Below, piece after piece: positions 58,001 to 64,000 of a DNA stretch of 64,000 bases; positions within the stretch are counted from its first letter, which is position 1, and the number at the start of each line of letters is the position of its first letter. Source of the DNA: Patescibacteria group bacterium. Lineage in GTDB: Bacteria; Patescibacteriota; JACPGU01. A program made the translations under genes and the position numbers. The stretch covers positions 24,530 to 88,529 of the forward strand of contig JBAYUK010000002.1 of the NCBI GenBank assembly GCA_041675145.1, written 5' to 3'. The notes below the pieces were generated by a model. That model was not told the origin of the DNA and made no database searches. It saw only the letters and a program-made list of their open reading frames with translations.

Positions 58001-60003
58001 TATGTCGTGAAGTTTCCGACTTTTGCTTTTAAGAATTGTTTTCCAATTGTTTGCTTGTAGCTAAACGGACTCATACGCCCGATCTTGAAAAGGTAGGTAT
58101 AGCGACTTGACCCAAAGTCTTTTGAGTCAAATGAAGTACCCAGCAATCCATCTACTTTATCTGCCTGGGTGCCACTTGCTAGAGCTCCTTCTCCTCCTTC
58201 TTCGTCACCAAATATTTTTACAAACTTTTCTGTTCCTATTTTTTCTTTAATTACTGAGAGGTTATCTGTACTCATACTTCCTGCAGGAAGGTTTAAGGTT
58301 TGTTCAATAACAATTCCTCCGATATATGCAGAAAGGTCATACCGTTCTGGTAGATAATCAAAGGCCATCGTTCTAATACCAAGAGAGTCTTCAAGTTTTC
58401 TTTTTCCAACACTTTTTATTATCTCTTCGGAGTTGATGGTGTCCTTAAAGTTTCCGGTGGCAGTGTTGCCTGAAAGAGAACGCGGAACAAGACCGAGTCG
58501 TTCCTCGATAATTGCTCGTCCTATGTTGGCTCTCATCTCTTCAGGGGTTGCCCCACGCATACCATCTACTGGCAAACCGAGACACTGTGCAACCAGACCC
58601 TTACCAAGGTTGGTAGCTATTTTCTCTAAGCTCGAGTTGTCTGCTGCTGGGTCGATATCTACCCCTATCTCTTGAGAGAGGACAGCAAGTCCCACGTTTT
58701 TTGAAATATCTCCAATGGTTCCGGTGCCTGTTTTTACTTTTGAAAGGTCGTAGCCTGTGTTTTGTCCAACCAAGGCAAGCAGTCCAGATATTCCGGCCTT
58801 ATCGAAGATTTCAGCAAACGTTTTACCATCTAGGTTAGTTCCATTGCCAGTAGATAAGCCCTTGCCTTTTTCTTTGGACTGGTTCGTAACTAGGATGTCT
58901 TTTGGAGAGAGTGGCTTCTTCTTTTTCTTGGCGATACTCTTTTTGAATAACTGGCGATCCACATATCCAATTACGGATATATCCATGGCCTGTCCGGTGC
59001 TATGTGGGCTGATGAGTTCTTTTGTAGCAGGATCACTACTTTCTTGTTCTCCCCATTCACGAGAGTTTGCAGTTTGCTCGCTATCATATCCATCCATGAT
59101 GCGATCTACCTTTATTTTGCGATGTCCTGCTCCACCGTACTTAGTAGGAGTTACGAGGTAGTTAAGAGCTTTTAATATTCTAATATCTACTTCACCGTCA
59201 CGAATATGTTGCTTGTCTCGTTCTGAGATAACAAGTCTTGGCTGATTAATAGTGTCGAGAAGTTGTTGGAGTAGGAGAAGTTGGTCTCGTAGTTCAACTA
59301 AGAGTTGTTTTTGACGATTAGTACCATCGGTAACAGCAACTGCAAGTGGTCCTGCATCTTGCGCAGGGGAGGTAATGGCGCCGGTATCGTCGGTTTCTAC
59401 TGGTATAGCGTCTTGAACAAGCGAAACAGACTGGTCGACCGCTTTTTTATCTGCTTCAAAGTTTCCATTACCGACAGTGTTTAGGTTATCTATGATGGTT
59501 GTGGTATGTTCACGAATTTTGGAGTTAGTTTCATTTGGGTCAACGGCTGCGATCCGAGCCAAAAAGCTGTTAGTTTGCTTAGGGGTAGTAGGTGCTGGAG
59601 TAGGGGTGGTATCTGCCCCTGTTGTAGCCTTTAGTTCAGATGCTTTTGTAATACCGAGCTCTCTCTCGTCAGAGAGGACTACCCGACCAGCCTGCTTGTC
59701 TCCAGTCATAGCAAGATCAGCGTTCTGGTAGCGAGGACCCTCAATCGGTACATTTTTACTCGGTTGTTCTTGTGTGGTACCACCTGCTCCACCGTTAATT
59801 GCATTGAAAATGGCAAGAAAGATTACTGCAACTACTATTCCACCTATAACAAAAGGACCCCATTCAGGAAAGGTCTGGATAAGGAACTTAATTGCCTGTT
59901 TCTTTAACTTGTCCTTCAGCTGGTTCTTTGCCTGTTCTCTAGCGGCACTCATTGCCTGAGAAGCAGCAGAAGGCTGGGCTTGTTCTTCTTCAAACTCTGC
60001 CAT
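52054..60003 (-). CDS. giant (2649 aa) membrane-anchored surface protein with N-proximal LAS/M15-like motif
   Basis: A single uninterrupted ORF of 7.95 kb. N-terminal transmembrane anchor. 'ISPHSTGQAMDISVIG' motif near residue 330. Long coiled-coil and repeat-poor remainder. Confidence 0.75.
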   Translation of the reverse strand: MAEFEEEQAQPSAASQAMSAAREQAKNQLKDKLKKQAIKFLIQTFPEWGPFVIGGIVVAVIFLAIFNAINGGAGGTTQEQPSKNVPIEGPRYQNADLAMTGDKQAGRVVLSDERELGITKASELKATTGADTTPTPAPTTPKQTNSFLARIAAVDPNETNSKIREHTTTIIDNLNTVGNGNFEADKKAVDQSVSLVQDAIPVETDDTGAITSPAQDAGPLAVAVTDGTNRQKQLLVELRDQLLLLQQLLDTINQPRLVISERDKQHIRDGEVDIRILKALNYLVTPTKYGGAGHRKIKVDRIMDGYDSEQTANSREWGEQESSDPATKELISPHSTGQAMDISVIGYVDRQLFKKSIAKKKKKPLSPKDILVTNQSKEKGKGLSTGNGTNLDGKTFAEIFDKAGISGLLALVGQNTGYDLSKVKTGTGTIGDISKNVGLAVLSQEIGVDIDPAADNSSLEKIATNLGKGLVAQCLGLPVDGMRGATPEEMRANIGRAIIEERLGLVPRSLSGNTATGNFKDTINSEEIIKSVGKRKLEDSLGIRTMAFDYLPERYDLSAYIGGIVIEQTLNLPAGSMSTDNLSVIKEKIGTEKFVKIFGDEEGGEGALASGTQADKVDGLLGTSFDSKDFGSSRYTYLFKIGRMSPFSYKQTIGKQFLKAKVGNFTTYKSAVLNANGTYTNTNDDANQQDEILDIPDGSVDQLFIIQDYTGAWKNIGLDELTKKMASNDEDRLVVRSWLEFHEAPIDDLGFAFSLVDVDGNYQALDTFKIRTRERILNKDENEITRLKDTIKALEAELELYKKSLDELTMSAKSGNSGQVQLLNQNIKRVEESIRVSKQQLTIEIATIDQWTFITEKSMTDLFLVPEDSFSDIFINNNGTNVFTNIGQIKADTGQIAKLSDDRRAQELNRLQDQLANIEAEKEVAYESASYDSNGNPVAVDKKKIAEQMKAISKREDNLKLKVNDIANAGLIAQKNKLIKDKKICTDPLIQSLLLSNNESNEETIEKVALAMGMKKLEEKFDIPAGVLELTMEALNLGPNNSNNNDPNKTSIKGTATEKQLISIGQKYIEKVFDPNGKLGKNWFDGNTLDDIRSKNITRFNLPNGDFSAAFAAGIESENRMLNAFGYDEKNYAFGTEYTTKLDLLDERYSTLPLSPRDYAPAAAMDNKIIKSFGISVEQLNDINGLSAQLFSQDISPQEFSKRIGSLVVKHKSANEISGSLGVTVSGYKLSGIDIIDTLNGNLLPIAIKIGAEKLDKGLVMPLGTIKAMVDNPSLECQITNEAGVNESCLENILAANGKDTLAHIVGIAGSIAVSDNARSHMGQISIEQALYSPTNPYKAQIDTMVRDLSGQDSLPAGWFDGENLTGVAKNILRLLGQTTPTAIQTTKTDILRSRFTITGPVKDSAITNAVDEKLIRAIGESPKVRSGLTGLTAKLFAQTITPNEYNATVGLLMPGKPSDTPDQVQDNGRQLAERILDPSSTLPAFWFSGNSLDELANTLGRNLGLPQSNSENPYAGIQTRLDAEDRFLPLFGFSASYDYGTKFARADMRVAEQIVIALFHMQPNRTAANNYSDPLSLYGLSNANFSEFTELTTAMSGENGVDTILHLPTHTTEKLLKNSITIDDYKKLASASNLKNHLENNVCKQISGIKLSEDTIRVNNKTEVKTIQNILAKHNLDCNDVVDGLRDSDTLQQKALIALIPPAELGILLGFQSQLGIKIPIKGEFTKNFAQKQIEEVLGLKPGSFNPNQSISSVMQSNGVRQFTKSFKINTPDASMNDNDIRSFISQAVFVESGTFNDQSYWNEPIFGSSNNARADTIDARLKIGSIADQSHPTKKLLTGQITIAQYIELVRTHQFDELTPEQMAAYFVSDEEGQGKIGKIINGYVNFTSLLQDKNRLNDPSTQVGLLNAIKNIGHYDIDDQIGWNPGTMKNILMNRDLAKSILMGQGIREASEAILGPKLSANNPQASLYNDLALLMQYSIPGFSAPFAQGLNKSDATDEGYDYPIHANALQASSSCSAGTVAAIPVAKKPAPVPELTSEQLLSTVAVSEHQKRIEQYNEDLRKYKEYDLTFGETGRVQKRSSCFDFVTKKILGDTIRNATEIKVEENGKTITRLQGVSVPEADLGALLKGDTRILSIIGIAFGVNQVNATQIKKQENGQQKVEYQILPPGFQIGYQEIMDATYGSTTSRLKIRQETTDQFVREQAQAAKLFGGTATCLDEATQDQCLEKGVRSRLNEKDNVDNKDLLDSLDSSIQENENKLIPNSRRNLQFKYLDAQLATAAIKNNLPPPPPNFSKIMFSGTDRERNNMLLSYALTYAVQDIAFIQEVKEKSVLGSVAVGVIEKLATSSDPDRFQNNKLDNAGRDAMFGYFDTKLNGILQKNLSKNTNITLPSGTAQYIYYAATGNTSKLKSKEFTNFAGDFARAQIGAVVDKQLGLPQGSTQTVYDLGQKIAQGKQVTKVDIASVALLVFSKQLAKADAQLGLPPGSLSAVISAVIAPNPISIAFAVYTIVFGYSKIENQMTCFQDVPLINEENPLMSNIDAINWKMFCKENDAMYEQWAKANTRLLINDMLRVGERTRNTSLIPPVIGTFRQEDVDFFNGVQDNGSKDPQADLATLVHGFLPFSRGVKGVHQSDYMKDYVHIQY

Positions 60004-60171
60004 GTATGTTTGTGTGTGGAGTATTAAATACTATAGTAGAGGACATTTACAGGAATGAGAAGTACTTTTTTGTTATTTATTTTGCTAATCCAACACAAGA
60101 GTTTCGTTAAATAGATTGACAGTGATATCTAATAGTTATAATGAGGTTATAATAGAAAGATGGAAGCACGG

Positions 60172-60205
60172 CATAATAATATCCCGCACTGGCGGGATAT
60201 TATTA
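60172..60205. terminator. 15-bp-stem hairpin ataataatatcccgc-actg-gcgggatattattat
   Basis: Perfect inverted repeat downstream of the TolB-like gene. The ATCCCGC...GCGGGAT core also occurs at 4236. Confidence 0.6.
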
Positions 60206-60229
60206 TAATTTGATTATAACCTTTATAGG

Positions 60230-61768
60230 TTATTTGAGTAAGTTACTCAAGTCTACCTTAGAGATATCACTAGCTCCCACGAGGTAAGCGCTATTACTTC
60301 CAGAAAGAAGCGTTTGTACTTGGCTCGTTGTGTTAGTTTCTTTTAGTTCGATTGGTTGTTTTTGAGCAACGCCGTCTGAACTAATCTTGATCATTACTAG
60401 GCTATTGTTATCAAGTGTGATTACTGTAGTGTTATTTATCCATGCTGTGGTGAAGGTTTTACCAGAGACCTTTAGATCTTGGTTGCGCATTTCGTTGCTT
60501 ACCCCACTAGCAACACTCGCTAGCCATAGGTTACTATCACTTTCGTAAATAAGGTGATTGCCATCACTTGCCCATTTTATATCTGATACATCACCAGTAG
60601 CGCTGATCTTAGATAAGCTTCGAGTTTCAAAGCTGTAAATATACAAGTCATTTTTCTCACTAGATAGGTTCAGGTTCTTGTCTGTATTCTTCTTAGGGTA
60701 GATTGCAATCTTGCTGCCATCTGGTGACCAGTTAGTAGCAGGGTTCTTCATGCTCTCAAGCTTTAAGATACGCTCGTAGTTTGAGCCGTCATTGTTTGAG
60801 GTAGCGATAACTTTTTCACCTGCTCCGTCAAAGAAGTAAGAAATCTTGTCCCCTTCAGGAGAGAATGAAACATTCCTGATGCTTGGGTGAAGGTTCTTCA
60901 GGCTAATGTTTACGAGGTCACGGCGATCTAAAGTAATTACCCAGGTAAGAGAAGTGTCATCTCCAGCGTCTTTTATATATGACAAAAGACCATCTGGAGT
61001 TTTACTGCTGTTAGTTGTAGTAACTGCTAGCTGTGAGTAGGTTCCAGACCAGGTAACATTACTAATAGAAGCTATGGGCTTATTAGTCACAGCAGTTTCA
61101 GTCTGAGTATCTATGCGGTATTCCATGAGGTTGTAGCCTGCATCACTCTTTGTGAAGTACAGTAACGCATTCGTTTCAGGGTTAAACACTGGGAAAAGTA
61201 CTGCTTTTGCCAGTACTGGAGTTACTCCTGGCTTCTCCTGGAGTGAGAAAGAAACTGCAGCTCCTTTCGTTTGCTTAGTAACTGTAAACTGTCTTGAATT
61301 TGCTATATACCCATCCTTGGTTGCTGTTAGGGTGTATGTTCCTTCTTTAAGAGCGATAGTAGTAGGGCTTGTTATGTCCTTAAAGTCTTGTCCGTTAGCA
61401 GAGAGGCTAAACGGCGTCTGGTTGGCAGATACGCTAAACTGTACTGGTTGCCCACCCATATACCAGAGAGAGCCACCGATAAGAAGAGCAGCGAGGACTA
61501 TTCCTCCTCCGGCTATACCAACGATCTTTTTGTTGCCCATGAGCCAGTCACGGATATTCATCTTATTTACTGGCATATCAAAGGTAGGTTCAGGAGTGGT
61601 AGTGTATGGCTCTACTACAGGAGTACTGACTGGGGTAGGTGGAGTATATGAACTGTTCAGTCCCGCATCCTGCATTTGACTTACAGGGGACTGGTATGTA
61701 GGTGTCTGGTTTACTTGGGGCGGGTTTTGCTCTTCTGGTACTTGCAAACCCTCGAGATTGTTTTCCAT
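60230..61768 (-). CDS. TolB-like beta-propeller (PD40 repeats) membrane-anchored protein
   Basis: A proline-rich N-terminus, then a transmembrane helix. PD40-like repeats 'FSPEGDKISYF', 'WSPDGSKIAIY' and 'WASDGNHLIYE'. The start may be Met 61768 or Met 61810. Confidence 0.6.
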   Translation of the reverse strand: MENNLEGLQVPEEQNPPQVNQTPTYQSPVSQMQDAGLNSSYTPPTPVSTPVVEPYTTTPEPTFDMPVNKMNIRDWLMGNKKIVGIAGGGIVLAALLIGGSLWYMGGQPVQFSVSANQTPFSLSANGQDFKDITSPTTIALKEGTYTLTATKDGYIANSRQFTVTKQTKGAAVSFSLQEKPGVTPVLAKAVLFPVFNPETNALLYFTKSDAGYNLMEYRIDTQTETAVTNKPIASISNVTWSGTYSQLAVTTTNSSKTPDGLLSYIKDAGDDTSLTWVITLDRRDLVNISLKNLHPSIRNVSFSPEGDKISYFFDGAGEKVIATSNNDGSNYERILKLESMKNPATNWSPDGSKIAIYPKKNTDKNLNLSSEKNDLYIYSFETRSLSKISATGDVSDIKWASDGNHLIYESDSNLWLASVASGVSNEMRNQDLKVSGKTFTTAWINNTTVITLDNNSLVMIKISSDGVAQKQPIELKETNTTSQVQTLLSGSNSAYLVGASDISKVDLSNLLK

Positions 61769-61961
61769 GTGATTCCTCCTTGGTATTTGTGTGATTAAAA
61801 TTACCCACACTATATCAGTAAAAAAATATTATGACAAATTAGTGCTACTTTATGTCTTTTAGCGCTTGCAGGCCTTTTTCTGTATATATTCGTATTTTGG
61901 CTTAAATAACCTGTTATTCATATATTCCACCACGTATTTTATGGTATAATATAGAAATATT

Positions 61962-61990
61962 CTTGACGAGATGAGTTTTCTGTGGTACAA
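61962..61990 (+). promoter_or_regulatory. sigma70-like promoter upstream of the GGDEF gene
   Basis: TTGACG, a 17-nt spacer, then TACAAT. The long 5' UTR of ~125 nt contains a hairpin followed by a T-run. Confidence 0.45.
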
Positions 61991-62117
61991 TGATGGCATA
62001 GAAAGGTCAAAGAAACACAAACAATATAGAAAGGTTTTTTCCAAGGAGGGCTCTGGCGCTCCTTTTATTATCTAAAATAAAAGACAACGGAGCAAAGGAG
62101 AGAAATCACAAACACAT

Positions 62118-62948
62118 ATGAACAAAAAAGCCACACTACAACCTCTACAGATGACAACCCGATTTGAGGATTTGGCTGCCAAAATTGGTTCACCTACGAT
62201 CAAGCGAAACCTCAAAACAGGTCGTTTGCAGGACTTAACTGACCTAAAACCTGAAGATATCCTCTCGTTTCTACACCAGGGTAAGCTAAAGCAGGAAGAC
62301 GCTATGTTCTGGCTTGGAGTACTCGCAGTCTCTGCTGAAGAAAAGGCTAAGAAACATGAGGAGCTTGCTACTACCGATGAACTAACACAGGTATATAACC
62401 GCCGTGCTTTTATAGATACACTGTCTAAAGAACTCTCTCGTCTTCGTTCAAAGCATATACAGATGCAGAAAATGCTCTCTGAACCAATGTCGCTTAACCT
62501 TATGCTACTCGATATCGACTTCTTTAAGAAAGTAAACGATACCTATGGTCACTTATCTGGAGATCGTGTGCTTAAGGGTCTTGCTGATGTACTAAAGAAA
62601 CAAGTTCGTGCTACAGATACGGTTTTCCGTTACGGTGGTGAGGAATTTGCTATCCTACTTCCCGACACCGATGAGAAACTTGCTCTTGAAGCAGCGCATC
62701 GTATTAACAAGGCAGTAGAAAAAGCATCATTCGTCATTAATCATTCGAAGAAGAAACGCCTAAACATTACCGTATCTGTTGGTCTAGCCACACTTCATGG
62801 TCACCAGCTTGCCAACACTCAGGTAACAGATATGATGATCCCTCGCCTTATTGCTCGTTCCGATGCTGCTCTCTACCATTCAAAGGAGCACGGTCGTAAC
62901 AAAGTAACGGTTTGGACAACAAAAATGAAGGATACAAAAAAGAAATAA
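62118..62948 (+). CDS. GGDEF-domain diguanylate cyclase
   Basis: 'RYGGEEFAILLPD' (GGEEF), 'LLDIDFFKKVNDTYGH' and an N-terminal ~90-aa unknown region. Confidence 0.85.
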   Translation: MNKKATLQPLQMTTRFEDLAAKIGSPTIKRNLKTGRLQDLTDLKPEDILSFLHQGKLKQEDAMFWLGVLAVSAEEKAKKHEELATTDELTQVYNRRAFIDTLSKELSRLRSKHIQMQKMLSEPMSLNLMLLDIDFFKKVNDTYGHLSGDRVLKGLADVLKKQVRATDTVFRYGGEEFAILLPDTDEKLALEAAHRINKAVEKASFVINHSKKKRLNITVSVGLATLHGHQLANTQVTDMMIPRLIARSDAALYHSKEHGRNKVTVWTTKMKDTKKK

Positions 62949-62973
62949 TAGTAATACTTATCTATGAAAAACA

Positions 62974-62999
62974 AGAGCTCACTTCGGTGAGCTCTTTTC
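62974..62999 (+). terminator. rho-independent terminator
   Basis: agagctcac-ttcg-gtgagctct followed by tttt. Confidence 0.7.
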
Positions 63000-63072
63000 T
63001 TAATGAAATCTCTTGTTATATATAGAGGGAATAGGATACTATAGAGGAAACGAAATATACACACATCAAACC

Positions 63073-64000
63073 GTGAGATTTAATTTCAAAAGATTTGTTT
63101 TTTCTATCTTGTCTGTCGCCGTTGTGCTCCAGGCTTTTTCTGGTGTGTTGCTAGCAAGACCACAAAGAGTGGAGGCGGCAACCCCAACTAAGCCAGCGGT
63201 TGAGTTGACAGCAACTGAGAATAGTAGGTTTTTTATTTACGACAACGCTAAGTCTGGCCTTAAGTGTGAAGGAAAAGAAGACCCAAACAATAAGGGGGTC
63301 TACACAAATACCTGTACATGGAAGCCGTATCAGACTGATGCAAGTAATATTGTTTTGTATACGCTTGTTCCTCCTGAGTTCAAAACTGATGCCTGGGAAG
63401 GGCCTGACGATCTCAACGACAATGATGATCGAAAAACTTTCTTAGATCTCTGTAATACTATAGACGAAGGACACAAACTTTCAGCTGAGTGTTATCAAGG
63501 AACGGCCACAAAGGCTACATGGCCATACGATAGACCATCACTTAATACTTTCTTCGGAGCTGACGACACAGATAACGTTCCTCTTTCAGAACTTAAGCTT
63601 ACTGTTAGTATTAATCCACCAAAAGTTGACCCGTTTTATATATATGCAGCAACTGATGTTGCTGCAACCGGAAGGGCATATAAGACTAATGATTGGCAGG
63701 TATTTAGAGATATTCAGACGCTTTATAGATCAGGTAAAGACAAATTAACAGACAAAGAAAAAGAAACAGCAGCAAGTTACGAGACTATTGATTGTGATGC
63801 AGAATCTGGCGGTGTTCATAGTGGAAAAGTAGCAAAAGACACCTGTATCCAAGTAAAGAAAGAGGCTGAGACTATGGGCAAAGTAGTACTAGCCCGTTAT
63901 CAAGTATACAAAGATTGTGTGGAGGTTCATGATACTGCAGGATGTCAGGCAGCACAAAGAGGTCTTTCTGAGGCAGAGGCTACCTATGGTGCTTCAGTAA
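63073..64000 (+). CDS. secreted Cys-rich hypothetical protein (5' partial in window; runs off the 3' end)
   Basis: GTG start, signal peptide 'FSILSVAVVLQAFSGVLLA', then an open frame of more than 309 codons to the window end with scattered Cys pairs. Confidence 0.45.
   Translation, partial: MRFNFKRFVFSILSVAVVLQAFSGVLLARPQRVEAATPTKPAVELTATENSRFFIYDNAKSGLKCEGKEDPNNKGVYTNTCTWKPYQTDASNIVLYTLVPPEFKTDAWEGPDDLNDNDDRKTFLDLCNTIDEGHKLSAECYQGTATKATWPYDRPSLNTFFGADDTDNVPLSELKLTVSINPPKVDPFYIYAATDVAATGRAYKTNDWQVFRDIQTLYRSGKDKLTDKEKETAASYETIDCDAESGGVHSGKVAKDTCIQVKKEAETMGKVVLARYQVYKDCVEVHDTAGCQAAQRGLSEAEATYGASV

Noticed and set aside
1-64000. CRISPR arrays, rRNA genes, transposases or integrases
   Set aside because: No short direct repeats with regular spacing were seen. 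There are no rRNA-like conserved stretches and no DDE or tyrosine-recombinase motifs in any ORF.

Overview
This 64-kb window reads as a chromosomal segment from a small-genome, AT-rich bacterium with a standard genetic code. The gene content and style suggest a Candidate Phyla Radiation (Patescibacteria-like) organism.

The chromosomal origin is in the window. I call the conserved block rpmH-rnpA-yidD-yidC on the minus strand, followed by dnaA-dnaN-dciA-like on the plus strand. An AT-rich stretch full of DnaA boxes lies between dnaA and dnaN.

Housekeeping genes cover about half of the window. These include gpmI, an SDR reductase, galT, rsuA/rluB, ruvC, yebC and comEC. The hrcA-grpE-dnaK-(inserted gene)-dnaJ heat-shock operon carries a textbook CIRCE operator. 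Further along are suhB, a beta-CASP RNase, rpsT, yidC, hsp20 and comF.

The other half looks accessory or cell-surface related:
- A horizontally acquired-looking copper module (csoR-copA-HMA/membrane protein-cupredoxin), with an 18-bp perfect palindromic CsoR operator.
- A dinD gene bracketed by a 27-30 bp direct repeat.
- A tRNA-Lys(UUU) followed by an approximately 250-nt GC-rich structured element that contains two 13-nt copies of the tRNA 3' end.
- Three large secreted enzymes that share a novel ~110-aa repeat module: a PF09826-type beta-propeller protein, an S8 subtilase, and a 1234-aa Amidase_2 + SpoIID/LytB fusion.
- An orphan solute-binding protein followed by three tandem TrbC/VirB2-like pilin paralogs.
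- A standalone ATP-grasp domain like the one in cyanophycin synthetase.
- A 2649-aa giant membrane-anchored protein carrying a LAS/M15 peptidase motif, translationally coupled to a 623-aa SLT + 2×M15 peptidoglycan hydrolase.
- A TolB-like beta-propeller protein and a GGDEF cyclase flanking that locus.

The pilin trio plus giant protein plus hydrolase locus is the most likely candidate for an undescribed cell-surface or host-interaction system.

Every functional call rests on my own reading of motifs in the translated ORFs. No database search was possible.
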